From contig CBDBEV010000001.1 of the NCBI GenBank assembly GCA_965204535.1, forward strand, positions 2,752,001 to 2,816,000: DNA of 64,000 nt. The letters are read 5' to 3'. Every line of letters starts with the position of its first letter. Position 1 is the first letter of the stretch. This DNA is from a bacterium. GTDB taxonomy: Bacteria; UBA8248. The translations under genes were made by a program, and so were the position numbers. Below, in pieces: positions 19,168 to 29,256 of this stretch. Below the pieces are notes generated by a model. That model saw only the letters and a list, made by a program, of their open reading frames with translations. It did not search any database and was not told the DNA's origin.

Positions 19168-20931
19168 ATGTGGAACGATAAGCAAAGGGACATCCTCGTC
19201 GTCGCGCGGGATTACAAGGATTTCCTATTCTTGTATCTGGTTATCCTCATTTTGGCGACGATGTTCGAGAGTGTCGGCTTGGGTCTGCTGATGCCCATCT
19301 TCCAGTCGATTCAGGGCATCGAAACGGGCCACGTCCTTACGGTGTACGCCGAATGGGGATTCGGCGTCGTCGGTCTTGAGTTTTCACTCGTCAATCTCAT
19401 CGCTCTGTTCACGTTCGCCATGCTGGTCAAATATGCCTTGGTTGCGCTCTCCATGCGTTTTGCGCGGGTACTGAGCGCGAGAATCGCGTGCGACATGAGA
19501 GAAAAAATCTTCCGGAACCTCATGGAGCTCCCACTCTCGTTTTTTTACCGGAAAAAAGTCGGTGACCTCCTCGCCGTTCAATTTACTTCTGCGAATAATT
19601 GCGGTTTCGTTTTCGAACACGTGATGCTCATCACGAACGCCGTTTTCTTCTGTGTCTTGTATCTGATTCTGAATCTGATGGTTTCTTTTTCGCTGAGCGT
19701 TCTGGTTCTCGGTCTCACGTCGATTTCCTGGATTTTCCTGCTCCCCTGGTTTCGAAAGGCGTATGAGAAAGGAGCGAAAGAATCGCAGGGTGTGGAAAAC
19801 ATCAGTTCCTATCTTCACGACGTTTTCTCGGGAATCAAGACGGTGAAAGTGTTCGGAAACCTCGAGCACCACATCGAAAATTACACGATGCGAGCGAGCG
19901 AATATCGTCGGGTGTCGGTCCGGATCATGGACAACAGAATCGTCGCGTCGTTCTTCTACGAACCGTTGGTTTTCCTGATGATGGTTTTCTGTCTGGTTGT
20001 TTCGGTCAAGTTTCTGGAAATTCCCTTTTTTACCCTTACGGTGTTCTTGGCGATCTTCTTGCAGGTTCTGCCCAAACTCAAGCTGATAGGCAACTATTGG
20101 CTCATCGTTAACGAATTCGCCCCCCATCTGGCAAAGGTTCGCGAATACGCTGAAGGCAAAAGCCTGGAATGCTTGCCGAAAGGAACCGCTTCCGTCGGTT
20201 CCCTGAAAAAAGAAGTTCGATTTGAAAACGTTTCGTATGCCTATCCGGGCGCGCAGGGCGAGGCGCTAAGCGAAATAAACGCTTCGATTGAAAAAGATGC
20301 GACGACGGCACTAGTGGGTTCTTCGGGAAGTGGGAAGACGACTTTCGTCGATCTTTTCCTGCGTCTTCACGATCCGGCGCAGGGCATCATTTACGCTGAT
20401 GACGTGGATTTGCGAGGCGTGTCCGCAAGTCAGTGGCGAAGTCGGATCGGAGTAGTGGAACAGGACCCCTATCTCTTCAATGACTCGGTTTACAACAACA
20501 TTTGCTATGGAAACTTAAGCGCGGATAAGGCGCAGGTGCAAAAAGCCGCCGAAATCGCCTTTGCGCATGAATTCATCTGCCGGTTGCCCGAAGGGTACCG
20601 GACGATAATCGGGAACCGGGGGTTTAAATTGTCCGGAGGCCAGAAACAGCGTCTGGCCCTCGCAAGAGCCTTGGTTCGCTCTCCCCGGGTACTGGTTCTG
20701 GACGAGGCGACGAGTTCGCTCGATAGCGGCTTCGAGCGTCTCATCCAGGAGGCCGTGCGGAATCTCGGCGGGCGATTGACCATCCTGATCGTCGCTCACC
20801 GTCTTTCCACTATTAGAGATGCGGACAAGATTCTAGTCCTTGAGGACGGGAGAATCGTCGAGGAAGGAGATCATCTCGCTCTCATGAGGACGGAAAGCCG
20901 CTACAGGAAATTCGTAGAGTTACAGTCGTAG
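19168..20931 (+). CDS. ABC transporter permease/ATPase fusion, probable glycan flippase (PglK/MsbA-like)
   Basis: N-terminal TM domain; GSSGSGKT, LSGGQKQRLALARAL, LDEATSSLD, IVAHRLST; start uncertain (ORF open from 19078). Confidence 0.85.
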   Translation: MWNDKQRDILVVARDYKDFLFLYLVILILATMFESVGLGLLMPIFQSIQGIETGHVLTVYAEWGFGVVGLEFSLVNLIALFTFAMLVKYALVALSMRFARVLSARIACDMREKIFRNLMELPLSFFYRKKVGDLLAVQFTSANNCGFVFEHVMLITNAVFFCVLYLILNLMVSFSLSVLVLGLTSISWIFLLPWFRKAYEKGAKESQGVENISSYLHDVFSGIKTVKVFGNLEHHIENYTMRASEYRRVSVRIMDNRIVASFFYEPLVFLMMVFCLVVSVKFLEIPFFTLTVFLAIFLQVLPKLKLIGNYWLIVNEFAPHLAKVREYAEGKSLECLPKGTASVGSLKKEVRFENVSYAYPGAQGEALSEINASIEKDATTALVGSSGSGKTTFVDLFLRLHDPAQGIIYADDVDLRGVSASQWRSRIGVVEQDPYLFNDSVYNNICYGNLSADKAQVQKAAEIAFAHEFICRLPEGYRTIIGNRGFKLSGGQKQRLALARALVRSPRVLVLDEATSSLDSGFERLIQEAVRNLGGRLTILIVAHRLSTIRDADKILVLEDGRIVEEGDHLALMRTESRYRKFVELQS

Positions 20932-21044
20932 AGCAACTCACGAAATTCCGGGATGCATCGGTTCTCGGCGAATTCGAGGTTCCTCGACGTCAGATGGGCG
21001 ATGTGGATTTTATTTAACGCCAAAAAGATGGCTTGGTGAAGAAT

Positions 21045-22970
21045 ATGTGCGGAATTTGTGGAATCACCTCGACCGAACTCTCGCCCTCCTCGATAGAGGA
21101 GGGCGTTGCGCGGATGTGTGATGCGATGACGCATCGCGGACCCGACGACGTGGGGTTTTGGCGTTTCGGTGCGACCTGCATCGGGGTGAGGCGTTTGAGC
21201 GTTATCGACCCGAGTTCGGCGGCGAAACAACCCATGGCAAGCGAAGATGGGAGTATCTGCGTCGCATTGAACGGGGAAATCTACAATTTCAAGCGATTGA
21301 GGGAGCATTTGGAGGGTTGCGGCCATGTCTTCAGATCGCGTTCCGACACAGAGGTTCTTCTGCGCCTTTACGAGGAAGAAGGAGATGAATGCGCTCGTTT
21401 TTTGAGAGGTATGTTTGCATTTGCGATCGTGGACGCTGGTCGACGAGTTTTGCTTTTGATCCGCGACCGGTTAGGTGTCAAACCTTTGTACTACGCGCCG
21501 ATTGCGGGTGGATGGGCGTTCGCCTCGGAATTGGGGGCGTTGGTGAGAAGCGGCGTTGTTCGCCCCGCGCTCGACCTGAACTCTCTCGACCTCAGTCTTT
21601 CCCTGGGCTTTGTTCCCGGCCCACGCACGCTATTGAAAGGCGTAAAGGTTTTACCTCCTGGGCACCGGATACGCATAACGGAGAGAGAGGCATCCATTGA
21701 GCGGTGGTGGGAGATGCCCATGGCCGGAACGACGCGATGCGCCGATGGGGAAATCCTTTCCCGACTACGCGGCCTGCTGCAGGAAAGCGTAGAACTTCAC
21801 CAGGTAAGCGATGTCCCCCTAGGGGTTTTTTTAAGTGGCGGTTTGGACTCTTCGGCGATTGTGGGATTGATGTCGCGTCAGGCGGACAAACCTGTAAGGA
21901 CCTATTCGGTCGGTTTCGATGACGCTCCGGAAGGATACGACGAGAGGCGATATGCGAGAACGGCCGCGCAATTCTTCCCAACGCGCCACACCGAGTTCGT
22001 GCCCAAAGGCTCGAAATTGCTGGAGGAACTTCCCCGGATCATACGCCACCTGGATCAGCCCAGTTTCGATGGAGTCAATACCTATCTCGTATCTCAGATA
22101 GCCAAACAAAATGGCGTTACCGTCGCCTTGTCCGGTCTCGGGGCGGATGAGCTTTTTGGCGGCTACGACTCGTTTCGCCTCATACCCCCTTGGTGGCGGA
22201 TGTCGACCATATGGGGAAAGTTGCCTTTGTCGGCAAGAAAAACCCTCGTGACTCTTGTCTCGCTGATGCTCCGCTTCGGCCCAGGCATGTCTCCGGAGCG
22301 CATCGAAAAGTTTTGTCGGCTGCAATGGGTGGAATCGCCTCTGGGATTGTACGCCCTGGCGCGTCTTTTGTTGTGGCCCGAGGAGAAGAGGGCTTTGTAT
22401 TCCCCGCAACTTCAGTTCCACTTTCGCGAGCGCAAAGCGGATGAAGGTATTTTGGCGATGCTCGACTCGTTGGTCCGCATCGGCGAGAGACCTTGGACCG
22501 TTCTGAGCGAACTCGAAATACAGGTGTACATGGGATGGAGAACCTTGCGGGATACCGACACGATGAGCATGGCCCATTCCCTGGAAGTGCGAGTGCCGTT
22601 CGTCGATCATCATGTCGTGGAATTCGTCTGTGGCTTGCCGCCCGGATGGGAGAGAAGATGGGGGCACCCGAAGAGATTGCTCGAGGCTTCGCTTCGCGAC
22701 GTTATCCCCCCTGAGATTTCAACCAGGAAAAAACAAGGTTTCGCTCTTCCGATGGCGAAGTGGATGCGGGGGGATTTGCGAGAAATCCTCGAAGACGTTC
22801 TGAGTGAGGAATCGCTTCGTAGAAGAGGGATTTTCTCGCCCCAAGAGGTTCGCAGGCAATACGCCCGATTTAGGGAAGGAAAATTAGCCTACCCCCTTAT
22901 ATGGTTTCTGGCGGTTTTGGAGCTTTGGTTTCGGGAGGTGTTGGACGCCCATCGCTCGGCGAAGGCTTGA
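21045..22970 (+). CDS. asnB: AsnB-like glutamine-dependent amidotransferase (glycan amidation likely)
   Basis: MCGICG, HRGPD, NGEIYN, FLSGGLDSS, SGLGADELFGGY, EVRVPF. Confidence 0.92.
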   Translation: MCGICGITSTELSPSSIEEGVARMCDAMTHRGPDDVGFWRFGATCIGVRRLSVIDPSSAAKQPMASEDGSICVALNGEIYNFKRLREHLEGCGHVFRSRSDTEVLLRLYEEEGDECARFLRGMFAFAIVDAGRRVLLLIRDRLGVKPLYYAPIAGGWAFASELGALVRSGVVRPALDLNSLDLSLSLGFVPGPRTLLKGVKVLPPGHRIRITEREASIERWWEMPMAGTTRCADGEILSRLRGLLQESVELHQVSDVPLGVFLSGGLDSSAIVGLMSRQADKPVRTYSVGFDDAPEGYDERRYARTAAQFFPTRHTEFVPKGSKLLEELPRIIRHLDQPSFDGVNTYLVSQIAKQNGVTVALSGLGADELFGGYDSFRLIPPWWRMSTIWGKLPLSARKTLVTLVSLMLRFGPGMSPERIEKFCRLQWVESPLGLYALARLLLWPEEKRALYSPQLQFHFRERKADEGILAMLDSLVRIGERPWTVLSELEIQVYMGWRTLRDTDTMSMAHSLEVRVPFVDHHVVEFVCGLPPGWERRWGHPKRLLEASLRDVIPPEISTRKKQGFALPMAKWMRGDLREILEDVLSEESLRRRGIFSPQEVRRQYARFREGKLAYPLIWFLAVLELWFREVLDAHRSAKA

Positions 22971-22991
22971 TGCAGGGGAAAGGAATTCGAA

Positions 22992-23813
22992 GTGATAAGC
23001 GTTTTGATGACATCTTACAATGCTCAGGACTACATCGCCGCTGCCGTGAAGAGCATACTCGCGCAGACGGAGCCTGATTTTGAGTGCATCATCATCGACG
23101 ATGGTTCCACGGACGATACGATTCACATCGTCAAGCAATTTCGCGACCCCCGGATTCGCCTGATAGAAGCGGGAAGAATCGGACTCGCAAGAGCACTCAA
23201 CCTCGGGGTGCGCGAGAGCAGAGGTGAATTTATTGCCCGCCATGACGCCGACGATTTGTCTCATCCCAGAAGATTTGAAGTTCAAAAAGCGGCGATGCAG
23301 CGCTTTTCTGATTATTCTGCGGTCGTTTCTCCCTTGTTCGCCTTCCATGCCGAAGACGTTCCACATTGGCCCGCATTCGGGTTGGAAAAGGCAAGGACTT
23401 CGCTGAGCGACGTGAGGAAAAAACTCATGCTTTTTAATCCCGTGGTTCACACGTCGTTGTTCGTGAGAGGCGAGGCTATGCAGAAAATCCGAGGCTACGA
23501 CGAGAACCGTGCCTCCCAACTCGATTGGGATCTGTACGTTCGACTGTATGAAAATGGGTTGAAGCTCGGGTCCTTGGAGGTGCCCGTGGCGGCGAAAAGA
23601 ATCCATGCGAGACAGTTCTTCGAGCGAGGCGCCAGGCTTCGCTATGTGCTCGATGGGGTTGTGCTGCAAAACAGGGCGATTCGCGTCTTGGGGGGCGGAT
23701 TTTCGTATCGAGCGCTGTTGCCGCTTTGGTTTTCATATCGCATGTTGCCGCACAGGGTGCGCATGTGGGTGAAGAGAAGCTATTTTTCCAGACGCCCGGA
23801 CGCGCGGGAGTAA
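22992..23813 (+). CDS. GT2 glycosyltransferase
   Basis: ISVLMTSYN, IIDDGSTD, ARHDADD. Confidence 0.9.
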   Translation: MISVLMTSYNAQDYIAAAVKSILAQTEPDFECIIIDDGSTDDTIHIVKQFRDPRIRLIEAGRIGLARALNLGVRESRGEFIARHDADDLSHPRRFEVQKAAMQRFSDYSAVVSPLFAFHAEDVPHWPAFGLEKARTSLSDVRKKLMLFNPVVHTSLFVRGEAMQKIRGYDENRASQLDWDLYVRLYENGLKLGSLEVPVAAKRIHARQFFERGARLRYVLDGVVLQNRAIRVLGGGFSYRALLPLWFSYRMLPHRVRMWVKRSYFSRRPDARE

Positions 23814-23820
23814 TTTTTCC

Positions 23821-25233
23821 GTGAGCGCGTACCGCGTAGAGTCAAACGCCTCTCCTCATCGACTAACCAACGCAGCCATTCGTCTGCATGCGGTATATTT
23901 TCTCATCCCGTGGGAGCACGTTCCCTACTTCCCGGGCCAATTTATGGGCCCGTATAAAGTCTACGTGCTCCTTTTCGTTCTACTGTGCGCCGCATGGGCG
24001 GTAGAAGTCATTCGGTTCGGGACGCGAAAACCGATGCCGGGGTTTGCCGTCGCCGCCCTTTGGTTCTGGGTGATATTCTGGGCAGGGATAGTCCATGGCT
24101 ATGTTCAGGATGATCCCATCAAGACGTCGGTTCCTTTTTATTGGCTCCTAGCCGATGCCGTGCCCTACGCCGACGGCATGCTCGTATGGTATCTGGTTCA
24201 TAACAACCGGTGGGGGAGAAAGGAGTTCGAGGGGGCGCTCGAGAGTGTGTTCTGGGTCGCCTTGGCGATGGGTGTCGAGAGCATTCTGTTCTATTATTTG
24301 CGTATTCCCAATCCGTATTCGCTCAATCATGAGGGGCGGTTTTTTCTCGGCATGTTTGTCCGGCACCACATCGTTGCCAGCAGACTCGGGCTGATACTGG
24401 CGGGTGTCGCGTTTTATTTCTTCTGGAGAAGAGGCGGCTGGTTTCATCTGTTCGCGTCTTTCTCCGGAATACTCATGGTATTTTCTACATGGCGCAGGGT
24501 TCCGATTTTCGCGCTGTTTCTGGGCGCATTCCTTTTGATTCTCTTTTTCATGAAGTTCAGAAGACGCCCGGGCGCAAAGGAGAAGACGAAGTCTTTTTTC
24601 GTTTATTGTCTCACAGCATCGGTTTTCCTCGTGTGCATCGGCGTTTCGGTGATGGTGGGGACGAGGGTACGGGGAGAGTTCGTCGAGGCATCGAATCTCT
24701 CGATGAGTGTCAAGGAGCGGCTCTTCCAGTACGCGCGGGCGGCGGACGTGCTTGTTGCGCGGCCTTTCTTGGGGGGTGGGCCGAGGCAGGGGTTCTTGTA
24801 TGGGTATTCCAAAGATACGCCGGCCAGGATGTCTGCATATTTTCATGGCGACATCACCCGGTATGAATCGGGTATCCAGGGATGGTCGACTTCGGATTTG
24901 TTTCAGGAAAACCCAAGAAAGAGCGTGCCGGTTTCCCTGCACAGCCTGCCGATGAACTTTATTGTGGATTTGGGATTGCTGGGCCTCGTTTTAGTAATGA
25001 CCATGCTAATAACGTGCGTGATGTATTTTTTCAGGGTCATCCGTTTGCCGATACATGAAGATTCACCCCGCCTCATGATGCCTTTCGCCATCATCTTCTC
25101 CACCGTCGCCGCCCTGTTCGTCGGCGTTTCCACGACGGCGCATTTTTATCCCTATTGGCTGTTCGCCATTCTGTTTTGTTTTCTCCGTTATCTTTATCAC
25201 GAAGCCATACAGAGGCGGCTAAGGATTTTCTGA
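23821..25233 (+). CDS. O-antigen ligase/Wzy-type polymerase family membrane protein
   Basis: Many TM segments; STWRR, ER..RPFLGGG, HSLPMNFIVDLGLLG. Confidence 0.75.
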   Translation: MSAYRVESNASPHRLTNAAIRLHAVYFLIPWEHVPYFPGQFMGPYKVYVLLFVLLCAAWAVEVIRFGTRKPMPGFAVAALWFWVIFWAGIVHGYVQDDPIKTSVPFYWLLADAVPYADGMLVWYLVHNNRWGRKEFEGALESVFWVALAMGVESILFYYLRIPNPYSLNHEGRFFLGMFVRHHIVASRLGLILAGVAFYFFWRRGGWFHLFASFSGILMVFSTWRRVPIFALFLGAFLLILFFMKFRRRPGAKEKTKSFFVYCLTASVFLVCIGVSVMVGTRVRGEFVEASNLSMSVKERLFQYARAADVLVARPFLGGGPRQGFLYGYSKDTPARMSAYFHGDITRYESGIQGWSTSDLFQENPRKSVPVSLHSLPMNFIVDLGLLGLVLVMTMLITCVMYFFRVIRLPIHEDSPRLMMPFAIIFSTVAALFVGVSTTAHFYPYWLFAILFCFLRYLYHEAIQRRLRIF

Positions 25234-26670
25234 GTGTGTGGATTTCGCCGTCAGGCAATACGCCGTGACGGCCCAGTAGAGAACGAAGGTTTTGGGAGAC
25301 GAAAAAATGTTCTCGGCTCCGGCCTGAAAACATACGCCGGCGCAGGCGGCCCACCCCCAGGCTTCGGGTGAGCATATCGAAAGCCGTCCCGTTTTTCTCA
25401 GATGAAGAAACACCTCGATGAGTCCTCCGGCAATCAGGCACAGGAACAGAAAACCTCCCGGAAAGCCTGTTTCGACGAATGCTTTGAGATAAGAGGAATG
25501 GGCCGAAAGCGGGGGTAGATTTTCATCCCCGCGAATGGAAAGTTCCTCTCCCCGGCCCCGGGACTCATCGGCTCTCCCTGAATCGGAATCCTTCACTCGC
25601 CAGGACGGTGCCTTTAATCCCTCGTTTCTTATGTACGTTCTCTCGCTTTTCTGAAACGCTTGGGGAAAGAGGCCATTTCCATGGCCCACCAGGGGGCGCT
25701 CTGCGAGCATTTTTCCGCCGACGCGATAGATATAGATTCTGGGGAGCAACGATAAGTCCATGAAGTCTTCGTCATTGGCGGCGACGGCGCCTATCGACAG
25801 AATCAGGAAAACAACCAGAATATGCCGAAGCAGGCGAATCCCGGAGCGGGAGATGCGACCGGCAATCATGTTTGCGGGGTATGTCTTCGCGAAATACGAG
25901 ATCACCAAACAGCAGACGGCGAAGCCCAGGACTCCTCCATAGCTACCCGTCGACGCCAATGCGATGAGATGCGCGGCGAGGATGGCGAACGCCACCGGAC
26001 GTGAAAACATTCGGAAAAGCAGCGGGTAAAGCGTGGCCCATAGAATTAGGTAGGCGGCGAGAAAATTCGGATGCCCGATCGGACCAGGCCGGGAGTCAAA
26101 GAACATCCGGGGGAATGGCGAATACAACAAATCGGCGCGGAAGCTTTGGAGCGGGCCCCAGATTTTCCAGGTGATTTGATAGGCCAGGTTCTGGAGCAAG
26201 ACTGCCGCCAGCATGATGACGCCACTGTAAAGGATGGCTTTCAGGACCCGATTGCGGGAAGCGTCGTCTGCGCAAATATCCTGGAAAACGAGAAAGGTGA
26301 TGAAATAGGCGATCGTTTCGGCGAGACCCCAGAATTGTTGCTTCAAAGGAGCGCCACTCAGCCATGCTGCCACGAGACTCCAGGCGATGTAGACGAGCCA
26401 GGTGTAGCAAAAAATCGGTTGGCTTTGGAGACTAAGGCGTTTTTTGTTTCTCAGGACATGCCACGCGTAGCCCAATGCCAATGCCAGGAGCGCCACTTTG
26501 TCGTACGAGATGCTTCTTTCCGTATCGCCGAAGGCGACCTCGATGTTGACGAGTGGGTTCAGGAACAAGAACAGCGCACCTGCGGCTCCGAGGTTGTATA
26601 GGCCCGACCCGATGATCGCAGCCGCGCCGATGGCCATGGCGCCATATGCCAAGAACGAAGGATTCATCAA
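25219..26670 (-). CDS. O-antigen ligase (Wzy_C) family membrane protein
   Basis: GPIGHPNFLAAYL, TGSYGG, RPLVGHGNG, AHSSYLKAFVETG. Confidence 0.82.
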   Translation of the reverse strand: MMNPSFLAYGAMAIGAAAIIGSGLYNLGAAGALFLFLNPLVNIEVAFGDTERSISYDKVALLALALGYAWHVLRNKKRLSLQSQPIFCYTWLVYIAWSLVAAWLSGAPLKQQFWGLAETIAYFITFLVFQDICADDASRNRVLKAILYSGVIMLAAVLLQNLAYQITWKIWGPLQSFRADLLYSPFPRMFFDSRPGPIGHPNFLAAYLILWATLYPLLFRMFSRPVAFAILAAHLIALASTGSYGGVLGFAVCCLVISYFAKTYPANMIAGRISRSGIRLLRHILVVFLILSIGAVAANDEDFMDLSLLPRIYIYRVGGKMLAERPLVGHGNGLFPQAFQKSERTYIRNEGLKAPSWRVKDSDSGRADESRGRGEELSIRGDENLPPLSAHSSYLKAFVETGFPGGFLFLCLIAGGLIEVFLHLRKTGRLSICSPEAWGWAACAGVCFQAGAENIFSSPKTFVLYWAVTAYCLTAKSTHSENP

Positions 26671-27335
26671 GGGAAAATGGCCTCCGGGAAGCGGAGACTT
26701 TCTTGAAAAGGACCGAAAATCTCACACCTTCATGATCGGTAAAAACGTATATGCCTCAAAATTCTTTTGCTTCGTTTATAGTTGACAACTCTAATTTTTC
26801 ATCACACTATGTCTCTTGGCATACAATTCACGCGCGTAGATTCACGGACTGCTCGCTGAATTCAAGACGGCTGTCTTCAAGTTGAAGTAAGTGTGAAGCC
26901 GCTTCCCTCGGATAGTGGTCTGCGCGCCGAACAACCCGTGAAAGGCTCGAGGACTCAGACTCGCTTTTTGCGTCAAAATTCGTGAGGGTTCGACGCTCAT
27001 GTGTTTTCGTCATCACTCCTCTCATCCAAAAACCAAGGCTGTGAGCTAGTGCCCTCTGCGATGGAAGAAAAATCCACATTTAATCAACTTCCACCAAAGT
27101 CCGTCGGAAACAGTCGGCGATTCGTTTTACGCCCAGATTCTTTCCTCGTTCTCATCAGTTTTGCCTTGTGTGAAGCTATGTCGTATTTTCTGTCTGCGCC
27201 GCAGTATTTTCGTATTATTTTCGCTATTCGTGCGAATATATTGGAATTCGGTTTGAATGTAAAGCGAAAAAGAGCAATCGCTAGATATTCATGTTCGCAT
27301 TCGTCGCATTATGCTCTATGCGTTCATGAAATGGG

Positions 27336-28019
27336 TTGAATTTTCTGATGGAAGGCCGCGTTCCTTTGGAGTCCATTTCCGATAGCGGAAAATTATCCGC
27401 CCTGAAGGGCAGACAGGTATTGAGTCGGCGTCAGTTTTTATGCAAACGCGCGGTGGATTTGGGGTTCGGAATCACGGTTTTGGTCTTGTTCGCCCCGTTT
27501 GGCTTCCTCATCGCTATCCTGATCAAGCTCGCGAGCGAGGGGCCGACGTTCTATTCCCAGGTTCGTGTTACCCAGGGTGGTAGATTGTTTACACTCTATA
27601 AGTTCAGGACCATGCGCGTGAATGCCGACAAGCCGCCGGGAACCATGTCTACGAAGGAAAACGATCCGAGAATCTATCCATTCGGGCGTTTCCTGCGCCG
27701 GTATCATCTTGATGAGTTTCCCCAACTCTGGAACGTCATTAAGGGGGATATGAGCATCGTCGGCCCGAGGGCGGAGTACATCAAGACGCTGGAGATAGCC
27801 AAAAGACATTATCCCGAATTCGAATATCGAGAACTCGTTCCTGCGGGAATCACGGGGTGGGCGCAAATTCGGCAGGGCCACGTCGACCAGATTGAAGACT
27901 ACAGAATAAAGCTGGAGTACGATTTATACTATATTCTGAACTATTCGCTCCGGATGGACTTGCAAGTGATATTCCTGACAATGCTCACTTTTTTACGCCT
28001 GCGGGGTCATGGCGCCTAG
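27336..28019 (+). CDS. Initiating sugar-phosphate transferase (Bac_transf, PglC/WbaP C-terminal type)
   Basis: KRAVD, YKFRTM, LDEFPQLWNVIKGDMSIVGPR, GITGWAQ; start uncertain. Confidence 0.9.
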   Translation: MNFLMEGRVPLESISDSGKLSALKGRQVLSRRQFLCKRAVDLGFGITVLVLFAPFGFLIAILIKLASEGPTFYSQVRVTQGGRLFTLYKFRTMRVNADKPPGTMSTKENDPRIYPFGRFLRRYHLDEFPQLWNVIKGDMSIVGPRAEYIKTLEIAKRHYPEFEYRELVPAGITGWAQIRQGHVDQIEDYRIKLEYDLYYILNYSLRMDLQVIFLTMLTFLRLRGHGA

Positions 28020-28080
28020 TCCGTCATCACATCTGACGAGAGGTTTCATCCTCCATCCATCAGACTAGACGAAACTCGCC

Positions 28081-29256
28081 TCACTTCTTCTTTGGCTCTT
28101 TTTCCGTCGCGCTCATGTGCTCATAGAGCTTCAAGATTTTTTTCGAGACGATTTCATCGGAAAACTCCCTTTCCACGATTCTTCGTCCCGCTGCGCCCAT
28201 CTTTCGCCTCAGGTCGGCATCCCCGGCCAGCTTGTTGATGGCGTCGGCCAGGGCTTTTGAATCTCGCGGCGTGATGCGTAGTCCGTTCACACGGTCCTTC
28301 AGAATATCCCGGCAGCCGGGAACATCCGTGGCCACCAGCGGGCGAGCGCATGACGCCGCTTCCAAGAGGCTTCTCGGGAGTCCTTCTTTATAATACGTCG
28401 GCAAAACGGCGATGTGGCAGTCTCGCCAAACCTCGGCCATGTTTTCCCTGTAGCCCCACCATTCGATTCGGCCCTCTCGGTGCCATTGCGATAGCGTACT
28501 TTCGGGAATGGAGGATGGGTTTTTTGGGTCGGGGCTTCCCGCCAACGCCATGCGGATTTTCATGTCCTTTTTTTGAAGCAGCGTCGCTGCCTCTACGAAT
28601 TCATGTACCCCCTTGTCTGTGAGCATCCGGGAGGCGAGCACCGCCAGGGGCGCGCCTGTGGGTTCCGGGGTGGGATAAAAGGAGCGAACGTCGACGCCCG
28701 AACCGCGAACGACGCTCAGGCGCGATTCATCGGGAAGCACATTTTGGAGAATCATCTCCCTATCGGCGTCGTTCTGCACGATTACGCGGGTGTTTTTCGC
28801 CCGATGGAAATATTGCAGCGGAGGTAAAATGATTTTTTTCAGACAGCGGAATCGCAGCGAGTTTTCGGAGAACAGCGAGCCCAGTCCCAGGAACGAGTTC
28901 ACGACGAAGGGCGTTTTGGCGAGTCGCGCGGCAATCGAGCCGTAAAGCAGGTTTCTCACGCCGAAATGGTGAGCGATTCTGGGCCGGTACTTCCGGTAGA
29001 TGCGAACAAGTTGGATGAGGACCAGAAATTCTCGCAGGAAGCTAATCCCTGCTTTGTTTTCATGCTCTAAAGCAAAACACTCGAAACCCTCCGCGCGGAT
29101 GCGTTCCATATATTTTCCGCCGATTCTCAAGCATACGACGACGCGGTATCCCGCATCCCGCGCCGCCAGCGCGAGCGCACGCCGGTGGCTCAAAAAGTAT
29201 CTGTCCTCTAAATCCAGCAAAAATAAGATTTTGTTCATCTCATCGCCCTTGATCAT
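28081..29256 (-). CDS. GT4 glycosyltransferase (PglA/CapM-like)
   Basis: YFLSHRRALA, VQNDAD, GSGVD, EGLPRSLLEAA, TDVPGC. Confidence 0.9.
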   Translation of the reverse strand: MIKGDEMNKILFLLDLEDRYFLSHRRALALAARDAGYRVVVCLRIGGKYMERIRAEGFECFALEHENKAGISFLREFLVLIQLVRIYRKYRPRIAHHFGVRNLLYGSIAARLAKTPFVVNSFLGLGSLFSENSLRFRCLKKIILPPLQYFHRAKNTRVIVQNDADREMILQNVLPDESRLSVVRGSGVDVRSFYPTPEPTGAPLAVLASRMLTDKGVHEFVEAATLLQKKDMKIRMALAGSPDPKNPSSIPESTLSQWHREGRIEWWGYRENMAEVWRDCHIAVLPTYYKEGLPRSLLEAASCARPLVATDVPGCRDILKDRVNGLRITPRDSKALADAINKLAGDADLRRKMGAAGRRIVEREFSDEIVSKKILKLYEHMSATEKEPKKK

